Assembly: GCF_000150275.1 (NCBI RefSeq)
Contig: NW_002060958.1
Coordinates: forward strand, 38,966-102,965
Direction: 5' to 3'
Length of the DNA: 64,000 nucleotides
Source of the DNA: Trichoplax adhaerens
Taxonomy: Eukaryota; Animalia; Placozoa
The position numbers and the translations under genes were made by a program. The notes under the pieces are model-generated. The model saw nothing but the letters and a program-made list of their open reading frames with translations. It was not told where the DNA came from and did no database searches. Shown here in pieces: positions 26,277 through 39,200 of this stretch; within the stretch, counting starts at the first letter, position 1, and each line of letters begins with the position of its first letter.

Positions 26277-27059
26277 GACTTCAGGAATCTTGACGCAGTG
26301 CGAACGCTTATGCGGATCGCTGAAGAGCTTAACTGTACCTTTTATTGATTTATTTATGTCGCTTCATTAAATGTTTTAGTCTTGTTGAACAGTTATTTGT
26401 CGCTAGATTGCTAATTGAAAGACTAAGCAGAATTCTTTTTACCAACGCCTAGATCAAAGATGAACAATGGCGTCAAGCACAATAGCCACGCCTGTCATGT
26501 AAATAGCGTATGTGCATATTGGCAAGAACGAAAAAAATCTCCAGGAATATGATGTTAATTTGGACGATTCTACAGTCCTGGACATCATTAATGTTGTTAT
26601 ATTGAATGTATAGAAGAAAATTGAAATTAACGATGCTGCTATCGATCTATCGATGAGCAGTATTCTATCAGCTTACTTGAAAAAATGTGAGTGAATCACT
26701 TAGTTTTGGCTGCAACGTGCTATAGCATCAGGGAGCTGGCCGATAAAGTATATGCAAATATTACCATACATATCTAATTTTACTATAAAGATCGAAGGCT
26801 ATTATAATAGATTGTTACTGCACTCGTTCTTATATCCTCATGACGCTTATTATATTTGCATTTCTGGCTAACAAACGATATGGTAGATTACTGTGCTGTA
26901 TATACGCGTCGTTTACGGTCAACGCCTATTTTAAAAAAAAACATTTATTTTTCAGCATGCTTGAACAAATTGAATACTAGGTTTATCAATACTTATCCTT
27001 CTGCCTCAAATCGGAGTGATTGAAAGAAATGCAGCAAGTCGTAGGTAGAAATGATGACT

Positions 27060-27090
27060 TTTTCACCCTAGCTGACAGGTAGGGTGAAAA
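27060..27090. repeat. 11-bp perfect inverted repeat (hairpin)
   Basis: TTTTCACCCTA-gctgacagg-TAGGGTGAAAA. Confidence 0.7.
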
Positions 27091-27577
27091 CTGATGACAA
27101 TTTTAAACATCTTGCATAGACTTTGTGCAGATATATGTAGTAGTACCTCAAGTCGATAGACAAAGATTATGGAGATAAAGAAAAGATCTTTATTCAAGAA
27201 GTAGATATACCTAAGTATCGCAATCTAAATCGAACTGGATTATGCTGTAATCAATGAATATATTCCGGTTTCGCTAAGTTCGATACCTTTACCGCTTTTC
27301 AAATAGTGCTGTTATCATTGCACTGTTCAGTGTACAGTATATTATGGGTTCATGTTAAATGCAGTAATACAAAGTAATTGACGGCAAAGTAATAACCTAT
27401 ACAGCATAAACATTTTATTTGCTCAGATTGCAAAATGTTCGTGTAATATAGCACGAACAGAGTTAAATGATTGCAGTACACATAAAGGTATAACTACAGC
27501 TGTAACGCGTGTACCAAGGGAGTTGCGCGAGGTTTAGAGTTAGCATAATAAGAACATTTTCAAGAAAGTAGATAGGC

Positions 27578-27643
27578 GATAGATAGTACACCTGGAATTG
27601 AGGGTAAAATTTTTTACCCTCAACTCCAGGTGTACTATCTATC
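27578..27643. repeat. Near-perfect 66-bp palindrome (32-bp arms, 2-nt spacer, 1 mismatch)
   Basis: GATAGATAGTACACCTGGAATTGAGGGTAAAA-tt-TTTTACCCTCAACTCCAGGTGTACTATCTATC. Confidence 0.92.
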
Positions 27644-28259
27644 ATATGTTATATCAAGCAACGTAACAATTAGTAAAAAAAGTGTACTGTATGGCAGTTC
27701 ATTAATTAGGATAGACATACTATAAGTACTGTATAGGTACACACTGTATAACAATATATGTAGATATACAGTACAGTATATTAGAAGAGTCCTGTAAAAA
27801 AGGACTGAAAACGCAACCCGAACCCGATGAAATGGATGGTTTTTTTACCCGAAATAAGTGCAATCGCTACACCATCACTGTATTATCGCCGAAATTCTTA
27901 ACCTGAATCCCCGGGTTCAAGTCGGGTTTCGGGTTGATAACCATGGACTACAAGTACAGTACTAGAAGAATAGCTGGACTAGACGCTCCTTTGGGAGGAC
28001 AGACATTTGGCCAGCTTTGGTCAATAAACTGCGTCAAACACTTTATTATGACATTACTTTAGTATGGAGACAGCCGATTCTGAATGTACTGATTTTTTCT
28101 AAATTAAGTAATATTACATTGTATCTTATTGCCTGTTACCAAGTTCTACTTGAAAGCAGTAGCTTTAGATCATCAATGTTATTCAAACTAATACGAATGA
28201 TTTAGAAGACATGGAAGATCCATACTGAGTGGCTATTTTTCGACATTTTCGGCCGCATC

Positions 28260-29950
28260 TGTTATCCAAGTCCGTCCATCCGACGGAGTATCCAGTCCAA
28301 ATATATTTCTAGTGGTCCATGCCCTAACCCGACCAAGCTGGCAGCGTTTAAGTATACTGTACAGTCCAGTAAAGTACGTATCAGTGTGCGGTGTACTGCA
28401 TAGAAAGGATCACCTAGACTGATCACACCCTCAGACAGACGGACTTTTCTTACAAGCGAGGCCTATCAATATCGAAAAATGACTACAGTACTTAGTGTTG
28501 ATCTTCTGTGTCTGTTTTCGAAATCACGAGTACTAATTTTAATAACATCGACGATCTTATATAACTGTCTCCAAGTGGAACTTAGTAATAGATAATGAGA
28601 TTCAGCGTAATACAGTATTACTTACTTAATTTAAAAAAAAAATCAGTTCATTCAAAATCGACCATCTGCATATACAGTACTGTACGCTGTACAGTACAGT
28701 ACAGTAGTACTAAAGTACAGTACTGTCATAATGTAACGAAATGTTTAACACAATCTTTTATCGAGATGAGGTCGAAATGTCTGTCCATCCAAGAGTGATG
28801 AGTCCGGTCCAGTCCAGGTCTTGGTTCAAGGACTCAATAGAGTGACTACTGTACTGTACAGTACATGTTAATAATGCTATACAGTACGTACTGTACACTG
28901 TACTGTATTACTGTAGTGTGTTTTACCTCAATATCAATATGGCTTGTCTTCTCCGCGTCCAAACTTATTGCCCTCCTGTATTATACTGTATTATATAGTA
29001 TTAGTATTTGTAAAGGAATGGACACAACACAGACGGACAGACGTTTTTAATACCCAATGTGGCTGAAATCTCCAAAAGTTAGTGACTTAGTATGGATCTT
29101 CAGTGTCTCATTTTCTGAATGGTTTGCTTTAATTTAAGAAAATTGATGACCTTATGTAACTGCTTTCTAGTAAAGCTTTCCAAAATAAAATAGATTTCAA
29201 TATAATAATACTAATAATAGTACTTAATTAAGAAAAAATAAGTGAAACATCTTTATCGAGCTTTCGCTTGATAACGTACAGTATCATATACTGTACGCTA
29301 CGGTACGTTGATGGCGAATGGCAGTGTTTGGACCAGTGCAGTATTATCCAAGATGGAATGTCTGTCCGTCCGAGTCACGTGTCCAGTGTTCAGTCCAGAT
29401 GGATCTAATGATGCCGTCCGTATACTCACTCACGTATAGTATGTAACTGTACTGTGTTTCACCTCAATATTAATACTGTACAGTATGACTTATCTTCTCC
29501 GCCTTCAAACATACAGTACTGAGTATTACCCTATTATATTTGTTGGAGATTGGATACTATACAGACGGACAGACGTTTTTCAATACCAATTGTGGGCTGA
29601 AATCTCCCCAAATCACTGACTTCGTATGGATCTTCAGTGTCTCTTTTTTTGAATGACTTCCATTCATTAAAATAAAATTGATGACCTTATATAACTGCTT
29701 TCCAGTAAAGCTTTCCAAAATAAAATAGATTTCAATATAATAGTACTTAATTTAGAAAAAATAAGTGAAATACGTTATCGAGCTTTCGCTTGATAATGTA
29801 CAGTACAGTATACAGTAATATATGGTACGGTACTGGACGTTGATGGCGGCGAATGGAAGTGTTTTGGAACAGTCCAGTACGGTATTATCCAAGATGAGGG
29901 AAATGTCTGTCCATCCGAGTCAAGTGTCCAGGGTTCAGTCCAGGTGGGAT
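28260..29950. repeat. Tandem array of ~0.5-0.6 kb units (three copies plus a partial fourth) directly upstream of INTS1
   Basis: The unit-start marker TATCSAG...GTCCRTCC lies at 28263, 28759, 29345 and 29886. CAGACRGAC blocks lie at 28432, 29030 and 29562, and GATCTTCWGTGTCT at 28500, 29096 and 29629. Copies 2 and 3 are closely similar over several hundred bp; copy 1 is more diverged. Confidence 0.85.
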
Positions 29951-30243
29951 GTAGATTGTAGAAGTCCATAAACACTGTGGACAGTATGTACAGTATACTG
30001 TACGATACACTGTTTGATGTCCATACTGTACTGTATGAATGATAGGTAGTAGAGTAGTGGTGAAGCAACAATGTACGCAAACAAGGTCAATGGTAGTAGA
30101 GTATAGAAGAAGCCGGTGACCAATGCCATTAGGCCCATTACCAGTGGGACAAGTTGTGGCGGACAATTGCAGTCCATCGCGAATGAAATTAACAATTCTC
30201 CATTTTCCTTGATATTGTAAATGAATCATTAAGAACATTGGCA

Positions 30244-33200
30244 ATGGAGCGCAGTACACGCAATAGACAACGTATGAATCGTGCTCGAGGTAAATCCATT
30301 GATATTTTTGCAGGTTTTGGGGAATTGTTACACATGGATCATAGTGAACCCAGTGGAAGTCGTTTTAATGGCCATCATGACCAAGAGGTAGACTACAGTA
30401 AACACATTTTACCGTATCCAGGCTTTGTACCCAAATTGCCACTGGACCCCGTAGAGGATGTATGATTTAACACAGCCTCGATTATATAATTAGCAATGGA
30501 CTGTAGAGTAATGCGATATACGCTAGTTAGCCCTACTGCAAGCTTACGACAATCGATCAAAACGATTAGTTCATTGCCGATTTTGACAAGACTATTTTGT
30601 TGATGAATAGTCTCCGTTATGGAGGCGATAGAAATGTGATAGAACAGATCGTATTGACTTCCATATCCGTTGCTTTGCTTGGGATAAAAATTCTGTGTCC
30701 CTAACATGGGATAATGGACCTTTACCATCTCTACACGATTTGCATCCTGTTGTAGAGGTACAGTGGAGGGTGTAGAATAGTAACATCGACCCCAGCGATT
30801 AATATCATACTTACTTCATCCAATGGCTTGTAGAATCAATGCCATACATCGTCCAATACTTGCATTGAAGAGGATACAACAGGATAATTAATTTATTTAT
30901 CCAGTCTGCTATAGGTCCCCAATCGAACTAGGTCATATTGATTGTTGTGCCGACGTCGATTTGAAGAGATAGAAAGAGTAAAGGGTATTGTAAACAGGAG
31001 TGTTAGGACTCAATTCTAAGTCAGTAAAACCCAGTAAAAATGAGCCTAAATGGTGTCCAATGCAATCACTTAGTGATCGATCATACAGTACAATGTAGAT
31101 GCTACTGACTTTCTATTTTAATGCTGTAGGGGAACAAAATGATATCTATTCTACATGCCTAGTTGATACTAATTATAACTTTCATACCATCAACTATGTT
31201 TTACATTAGGCCATGTACCACACGGAGATTTAATTGCCTTAGGTAAGTTGAACAGATAAATTTATATTTTTCAATTCTAGTCCATACGTAAGGGCTAACT
31301 AGATCTCTATCTAAAGAATGCATCCAAGCAATTATGGAGTTCCAACTTATTTATATCATACATCAATACAAAATAATTATACAACGCTAATACATTGAAG
31401 CCGTTTTTGGATAGGTTCTAAGAATACAAACAATCCCTCCGAACAAACGGAAGCAAGATCTGCAAATGTATATAAATTATTCTCCTCTGCTCCAGGAAAT
31501 ACTACTTCAGATCGTAAAAGAGAAGGTGATTTTGTTAGCGCTTCCAGAGCACTTAGTCCCAAACGAACCAAAGTTGATGGCAGCCATGTTAAAGATCAAA
31601 CTATAAGTCGAGAAGAAATTCCACTTCCTCCTATCGATGGTAAATATATTCTTCTTCATTATCCTATTTTACTATGCATTCTGTCAACCGTTATTAGCAT
31701 TGAACTGTCAAAGTATATATATATATATACATGCATAATGACTATGCTCTTCTATCTACAGATTAGAACATTACTATTTTAAAAATTGTCCAAAAATGAA
31801 TTGTCATAGTGATTTGAAAACTACGACGTGTTACTTTGCCTATCACCGGCAATAAATAGGATAGCATAAATTCATATCTATCTTTTGTACTACACTAGTG
31901 GAGCCAGCCCAACTGATAAAGACGATAATGCAAGCTGATCTTGTTGAAGATCGCCTTAAGATTAGTGCAATAATTCGTGGTGTATTAGCTAAATTAAGCG
32001 CTAATAGGGTTAAACCCAATCCTGCCTATTATATGTCGCTTCTATATCTCGCCAAAGATAAGCCATTCCATTTTACCTCATCATCGGTATTAGATGTAAG
32101 TATTTTATTCGTATTATTACGTGAAGTAAGATCGACTACTATACTTGATCGAATACCTGCCATCATCGGTCTACTACTGTTGCGTAGTTGAATATTTATA
32201 CAGATTAAAATAAAGTATCAGTAATGATTACTATCATTTTGCATTTTTGTTAACTTTTAGGCACTTATTGGGATTATCAGTCGTGACGTTCAAATCAATA
32301 TTAAAGCAAAAGGCAATGTTATTGTACCAGTCATGGCTTGTAATATCTTAATGTATACTCATGCCAACGATGATTGCTGGCCTGAAAGATTTGTTCAGGT
32401 TTTATATTATAATGCAATTTAACTAACAGAATGAATATTTTCGTTTTAGTGTTGCATTTTGGTATACAGTAATTTGCGTATTTACTTATTAAAAATGAAT
32501 AATGATAGGTCTATATTCAAGACGCTCTTGGTGAACGATTATGGGTTGATAATGAAATGTGTAAAGACTTTGTACAGAATATCTTGACAGTTTTCGATAC
32601 ATTATTGCCCACAATTGACGGTATCCATTTACAAAATTAATCTTTGACTACTAGTAGTAACTTATTGATAATTACGGTGATTGATATACTTGAAAGAATT
32701 GTCTTACAAATCAACGATATCTGTTTATCATTAGGTTCTTCCAGTAATGTTCAGACTACATCACAATCGATGTCTACTACTGATAATGGAGTTGAGAAAA
32801 ATACCGATGATAAGAGTGATACAACTACTGCTGCTGATAGTTCATCTGATGCTATCGATTCTAGTGTACGGCCCAGATATGAAGAACCTTCGGTCAAGGA
32901 GAGTGTTAAGAACTATGCTTTACAATCTGTTGATAAAATACTTAGTCAACGTCAATCTACCGATAGTGTGCCTAGACAGTTGCTTAAATTTCTGGCAAAT
33001 ATTTGTTGTTATCCCCGCGTTCGGCTACTAGCCGCTCAAAAGATTGATTTATGGTTGCAAAATCCTAAGCTTACTCGACATGCTCAACACCTTTTAATGA
33101 CGTTGGCAATCAATTGCCACAGTGACGCTGAGCACAACGAAGAATGTATCGCTCATTTAATCAAAATGAAATTAAAAACCAAGCCATTTACAAATCATCA

Positions 33201-36200
33201 AGTTGCATGTATTAAGGAATTAATTGGAAAACATCCTGGAAATGTTGGTATCGTTTTAAAGCATGCCGTTTGCAACGAGCTGTCATCTACTCCAGGAACA
33301 TTTAATACCAGTAATGTATTAATTTTGTCAGCTGTCTTCAACACCAGTACTGTTGATGTCGCAAAGTATTTGGCAATTGTTTTTATTGATCTTATTATTA
33401 ATAAAGAAGATTTACTAAATCCTATTAAGACATTATTACGTGAATTATTACGTGTTACAAAATCAAATTTCGATTACTATCAATTTTCCTCGCAGCTGAT
33501 GGATTACTGTCAGACCAATGGTAAACAAATTAAGAAACATCGAAGTCGAAGACAAGAGGAAATAATTTACGCAATAATCGATTTGTTAACATATACCATG
33601 ATGCTTAGTGTATTTCCACTCCCGCGAGATATGAATAATAAGATCGTCGCTAGACTGCAGATCCAACAGCATATAGCTTCAATCCAGAGATATTCACTAT
33701 GGTGGTTACATATCGTTGTACCAAAAGCATTTGATGTTGATAGCGCTACTTATCTGAAACATTGCATTTACAAAATTTTATTTCGTAATCCAATCGAGAC
33801 TTATGTCACCGCTGATAATTGGCCATCTGAGCTAGAAAGAAATCAAGTTATGGAGCTATGTACCAATGTTCCAGTCGAAGGTGAATCCATTGGATTTCTT
33901 TTAGTTATGTCTGGTAATGATTCTATCGCTTTACCACCCTATGAAGCTTTTGATTTAATAAAAAGCCTATTAACGAAGGCTGCTCAATTAGATGCTAGCA
34001 ATGCTTTGCCATTAAAATTTGAGGTGGATCATAATCAATTGATTGGTACTATCTTTAATTTATCAATTTATCATCATACAGCCACTGAGACATCACTCAA
34101 TTTACATTCTCAAAATGTTAAATTTGCATACAGCGATCTTTACTGGAAAGGCTGTTTACTAATAGTAATTATAGCTGTTTACAATCCAGACACAGTTGGC
34201 TTTACTGCATGGGAGAAATATCCTACCTTGAAATGCTTGATGGAAATGGTAATGACTAATAATTACTCATTCCCGCCATTGACTAGTCACTCCGAATCAT
34301 CTGATAGTGTTAAAGTTTCACAAATCCAATTGGCCCAAGCTGAAAAAGAAGATATATTAGCTTATGAAAATATGACTTCTTCCAGCTCAAGTAGGGGAAA
34401 TATAGTTGAAAAGAATAGCTGCTTACTACCACAATTGATGCGTTTCAGCCCTCAAGGTATTATGAGATGTCCTCCGGATTATGTAGTCCACGATCTACAA
34501 AAGATTAATTCCGACTTAAGTTTAGGTCGATTACTATGCAGTAGTCGATCACCAGATTTTCTACTGGATGTTATTCAACGTCAAGGTAGCGCTGAATCAA
34601 TGCCTTGGTTAGCGCAATTGGTTAGTTCTAATTTTGGCTCAGTGGAAGGACTACCGGTTCAATGTCTTTGCGAATTTCTGCTGCATTACGATCTTAGCAG
34701 TGATGGACAAGAATTAGAGGTATCTGCTACTTTTTATGATACGCTACGTTTTGTTGTCAATTTTCACTATATTAACTCCTATTGACGTATCCTATGCTTC
34801 TAGCGTGCGTCAGCGGTTTATAAGCGGTATTGAACAATTTTTGAATATCTTTTAGTTTATAGATAAGAAAGAGCATCTTGCAAAGAAATTACATGGCATG
34901 GTATTTGATACCAACTCTGGTGGTACAGAAGTAGGCGAAATTTTCGGCAGTTTATTTCGTCGAATAGCTTCAAGTCAACGAAGTACACGCCTTGCTGCGA
35001 ATAAGGTATACAGACTTTACACATGGGTTATCAAAATATGCAATTTTTAAGCTGCTGCACTATGTATTCGTATTATAGGCACTGGCAATGATCATAGCTG
35101 ACTCTGAACACAGCGATGTTATTCTGATGAATTCAATGAGTTCAACCTTGCTGACATTAAGTTCACTTGATTCACCTCTTATGAAATCATATGAATGGTT
35201 ATTGGTACAGCTATCGTCGATTCCTCACTTTAGTAGTGTGCGAGAACTAGTGTGCACGTATCTTAAACAAGTTAGTAATAATATATTCACGTTAATTTGC
35301 TATAATCGCAAGCTTATGGTATAGAAAATGTTGACAATCTGTTGCTTTTATTGTTTATTGTTATGATAAAAGGCGCTCATGGTAGAGACAGATATCGATG
35401 CTCTTGGTGCTTATATTATTTTCTTGTCCATGCATGGACCAACACATGAATATCGACATCGAATTTCATTAATTATTGTACGTTGTCATCCTTTTAATTT
35501 CACTTAATGCGATTTTTTGATAACAAGTTTTCTCTTTTTTAATCATAGGACATGTGCAAAATGATGATTCAACGATACAATATCTTAAATAAACTGATAT
35601 ACCGCGGAAGTAACGACAGGAGTCACGAAAGTAACATTGTATTGTCTTCATTACTAAATATTTTCTCGAAAGGGTTAAGGATTATGATTTCGGATGATAC
35701 TGGATATTCTTGGGAGGTATGACAGTACTCGATGGGCCTCTAAATCTTACAATGTCGTTGGTTAATTTTAATTACTCTGTTCGTAGGAGGGAGATGTAAT
35801 CGGTCAATTGGTGAAAGTTACCTTTACTACCCTTAATGTTACCATTTCGTTGCCAGTCATTATCTTACAAGCTATTGTACTATTATTAACATATGGACCA
35901 CCATCATTGGGTGCGATCTAAAATTATATATTAATTATTACCTAACGAGCTGATTTCGATGATTGTCTACGTAATTTTTTTATTGATAGACAACGATAAC
36001 TTTAAGTTTCTACTGGACCTGTGGTTTCCTGAAGATCAAGAGTTACCAATAGTCATACGGCTTGATAATAATGAACAAATTGTTTGGATTGATGCATGGC
36101 TAAAATTACGCATGATAACGTCTCAGATACCAAGATTAGTTGATAAAGGTACAAAATCTCATGATAAACCGTTATCTTTCTAATCCTTAATTGTGACACT

Positions 36201-39200
36201 ATGATTTTTCAGTACTTGAATATAGTACACCGGTGAACGTTATGATGTACGTACAATCATTTGGAATCCCTGTTAGAAATATGAGGTAATACAAAATTAA
36301 TCGCTGTTACAACTCTAGCAACTAATTACCTTTGATCACGATTTTAATGTGTAATAAAAATTCCTTTTAGTAAAATTTTAGAGTTTCTAGACGATAGTGT
36401 TACTGATGATTGTCGCTTCTTAGATCAGATAATTTCTAAAGGTATTTTGTATTCCTTTTGATAAGCTAATGTAGAGGTTTTAATATAGTCCTTGATTTTT
36501 ATGTTAATGTGATCAATATTGACATTATGTTTATAATTTTAATATAGCAAGGATAGTAGATTTAATCGATGCTCACACTGCTCGCGGAGTTTCCGGAGGT
36601 GCTACCCTCCGAAAATATATGACTAAGGAAGTGACCGTTGATGACACGTCAAGTCAGTTGTGAAAACCATTGTAGATTGAAAGTTAGTTAAAGTTAAGTT
36701 AATCTCGCGTTGGTTTACATATTTTAGGTGCAACTTCTTCCGCACCAGCGTCTCCCGTAAGCGTTTCATCTTCTGGCAATAACCTGGAGATAGATTGCAG
36801 GTAAGAACTTTGTAAAATTAAATAATTTACTATATACATTCCAATATTAATATCGAAATGTATCACTTTAATCCTAGGTATAGCAATAATGAAGACTTAA
36901 CTACAGCTGTTAGAGAAGTAAGTGAAAAAGGGTGAAATTACCGGTAAATTAATAATATAATTTACCACATACAAACCAAACTAAAATCAACTCTTGTCTT
37001 ATTCATTCAGTTATTTGAAGCTGACTCTACCGATGTAACTGACAGTGACGATAACAAAGTACTTTGCATATTTCTTCGCGTACATTATGCTACTAACGGT
37101 ATTTTAGGCAATAGTCTCACTTACTAATTTACATTACCTACAGGACGAAGAAGATCAAAGATATGAGCAGCTGCGTAAATTGCAGCAGGTATAATTTGGA
37201 ACCGTATATACTAATAATAGTTACCTGATATGATCAAATTTAATTTGTTTTCTTTTGCGCACATGTTACAGCAATTAATGGTAGACATATCTCAATCTAA
37301 TGTTAATACTTCCTTAATTTCCAAGATATCGGATGCCCTCTCTGTAGTTAGTCATTTGTATAAGATTTTGCATTTATAAGAGATAGAATTTGTTCTCATG
37401 CTCTGTTATTCTGCAGATAATGGATTCTCAAGAATGTGAGAAATTTGTTCAAATTTACACTAAGCGATTGTTTAACCTTTGGTCTATAATCAAACCGACC
37501 ATTCTTTATAAAGTAAATAATTGCTTTATATAGATAAAATCAATTTAAGCAACTCGTTGATTCTTAGCGTTTCAACATTTTGTAATTTGATAACTTAGAA
37601 TGCCTTCGAATCCGATATCACTAATAAAGTGTTAGAAAATCTATTAGACCGTATTCAGCATACTACTGGTTCAAGTATGTAGCAAAATTATCGTGTAATT
37701 ACAATTTTGAGTTATTAATTGGTTTTTGTTCTAATCCTGAAGATATTATTTGGTATCACATTCAAAAACGTTTACAGAGGAGCAATCAATTAGGTATTTG
37801 AGTTTTTTGAACAACGTTATGAAAAGTTGTTATGGAATAGTTGCACAATATTTTATGGTTTAATGCTCTATTTGTAGGAATATATTCCAATTCTTCATCA
37901 GAGAGTCAAAGCGGATTATTATTCAGTCAATGCGCAATTAATTCTGTAAGCGACGAAGCTGAGATAGACGGGCCATCCTTTGATGATCTTACTTCTGCCC
38001 TCCATAAAATTCTTCTTAACGAATTTACCGATCAAAAATCATCATCGTGTGGCGAAGTGGACATATATAATCTATTTTCTAGTTGTGATAAAATGTCCGG
38101 CATTGGATTAGCAATTGACTGGTTCCAAATTGTAAATCCAGAAGTCGTTGGTACTGATGCTGTCAGCAAACAGGTTGTTTTCAATCGCGTATGTATTGGA
38201 AGAAGAAATTGGCAGCTATCTCTGTTGTCTTCAGCTATTCATCGAAGTCGCTGGAGTACTTTACAAAACTGTATTAAGTGGTTGCTTTCTAATGATGCAG
38301 ATAAGTAAGTGATGAATATCGCGAATCTTTACAAATGTTATTGTGTCTTTAGTATTACTAAATTGTAGATCAATTTATATTATATTTTTTATTATTCTCT
38401 TACAAATATTGCAAAATAGTGTAGACAGTTCCTCCGCTTTAGATTTTATGGAAACTTGTGTTTCATCTCCACGTCTCTGGCAAGGATGCAGCGAAACTGC
38501 CGTGATAATTCGAGGAAAAATCGATGGACAGGTAATATTAAATTCAGATATCGAGATTAGAAATTAATTTTATTATTTTGTGCAGGTAGTTAATGAGTCT
38601 CCTTTTTGTTAATATATAGGCTATGATAGTCAATCTTCGGCCAAATCAGCTATTAAATCTAGCAGTTTATGTTCTAGCTGAAGCTGAAAGTATGTTTGAA
38701 AAGTGTTCAAATGAAACATTTGACCAAAAATTAAGGGCTAGAACGTCCCTACTAGTAGTTTGTTGTAACAATGATCCAAGTATTTTGAGCACGTTGACAA
38801 GTAATCTCTGTAAGAAGAAAAGGTATACATCTATATTCATCTTTGTTTTATTCACAGGAAATCAATTCGCATTTAACTGAAATTTGTGCCCATGATTTTG
38901 TTAATTTAGGGGTTCACCAATGATAACTTACTTACTTGGTAAATTATATCTAGCCGCTCCGGAGATTGTCCATGAAATCTCTTCCGATTCACAATTGCAT
39001 AATTACGTATTAAATGATAACTTACCGGGCAAGGTAAACTTATCTTTATATATAAACAACAATTCGGAAAGTTCACTCTACTGATAAGTATAAATAATAA
39101 CTCATTTGCAGCTTGATATAACATGCCACTATTTAATGGCTTCCATGGCGAGCACATATGCAGGCAAAGCTTGTTTATCGCGACTTGAAAATATCAACTT

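Noticed and set aside
29095-29180. Resemblance of CAGTGTCTC(A/T)TTTT...GCTTT..AAAGC in the repeat unit to U7 snRNA
   Set aside because: There is no properly placed Sm-like site (AATTTGTCTAG) directly before a GC-rich stem, and the spacing is too long. An Rfam search would be needed.
28260-29950. CRISPR-like array or autonomous transposon interpretation of the tandem repeat
   Set aside because: Eukaryotic context, ~0.5-kb units rather than short repeat-spacer units, and no cas, transposase or reverse-transcriptase ORF in the window.
29775-30259. Three overlapping minus-strand ORFs (101, 124 and 86 aa), one with a hydrophobic stretch
   Set aside because: They lie over the INTS1 promoter/5'UTR and TACAGTA-rich repeats (T/V/Y/Q/C-biased translation), and show no recognisable motif or clear splice structure.
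30393-30850. Possible nested minus-strand gene in INTS1 intron 1 (ORFs 30393-30728 and 30592-30786, GTAAGT-like donor near 30812)
   Set aside because: Trial splicing gives an early stop, and the peptides resemble nothing I know.
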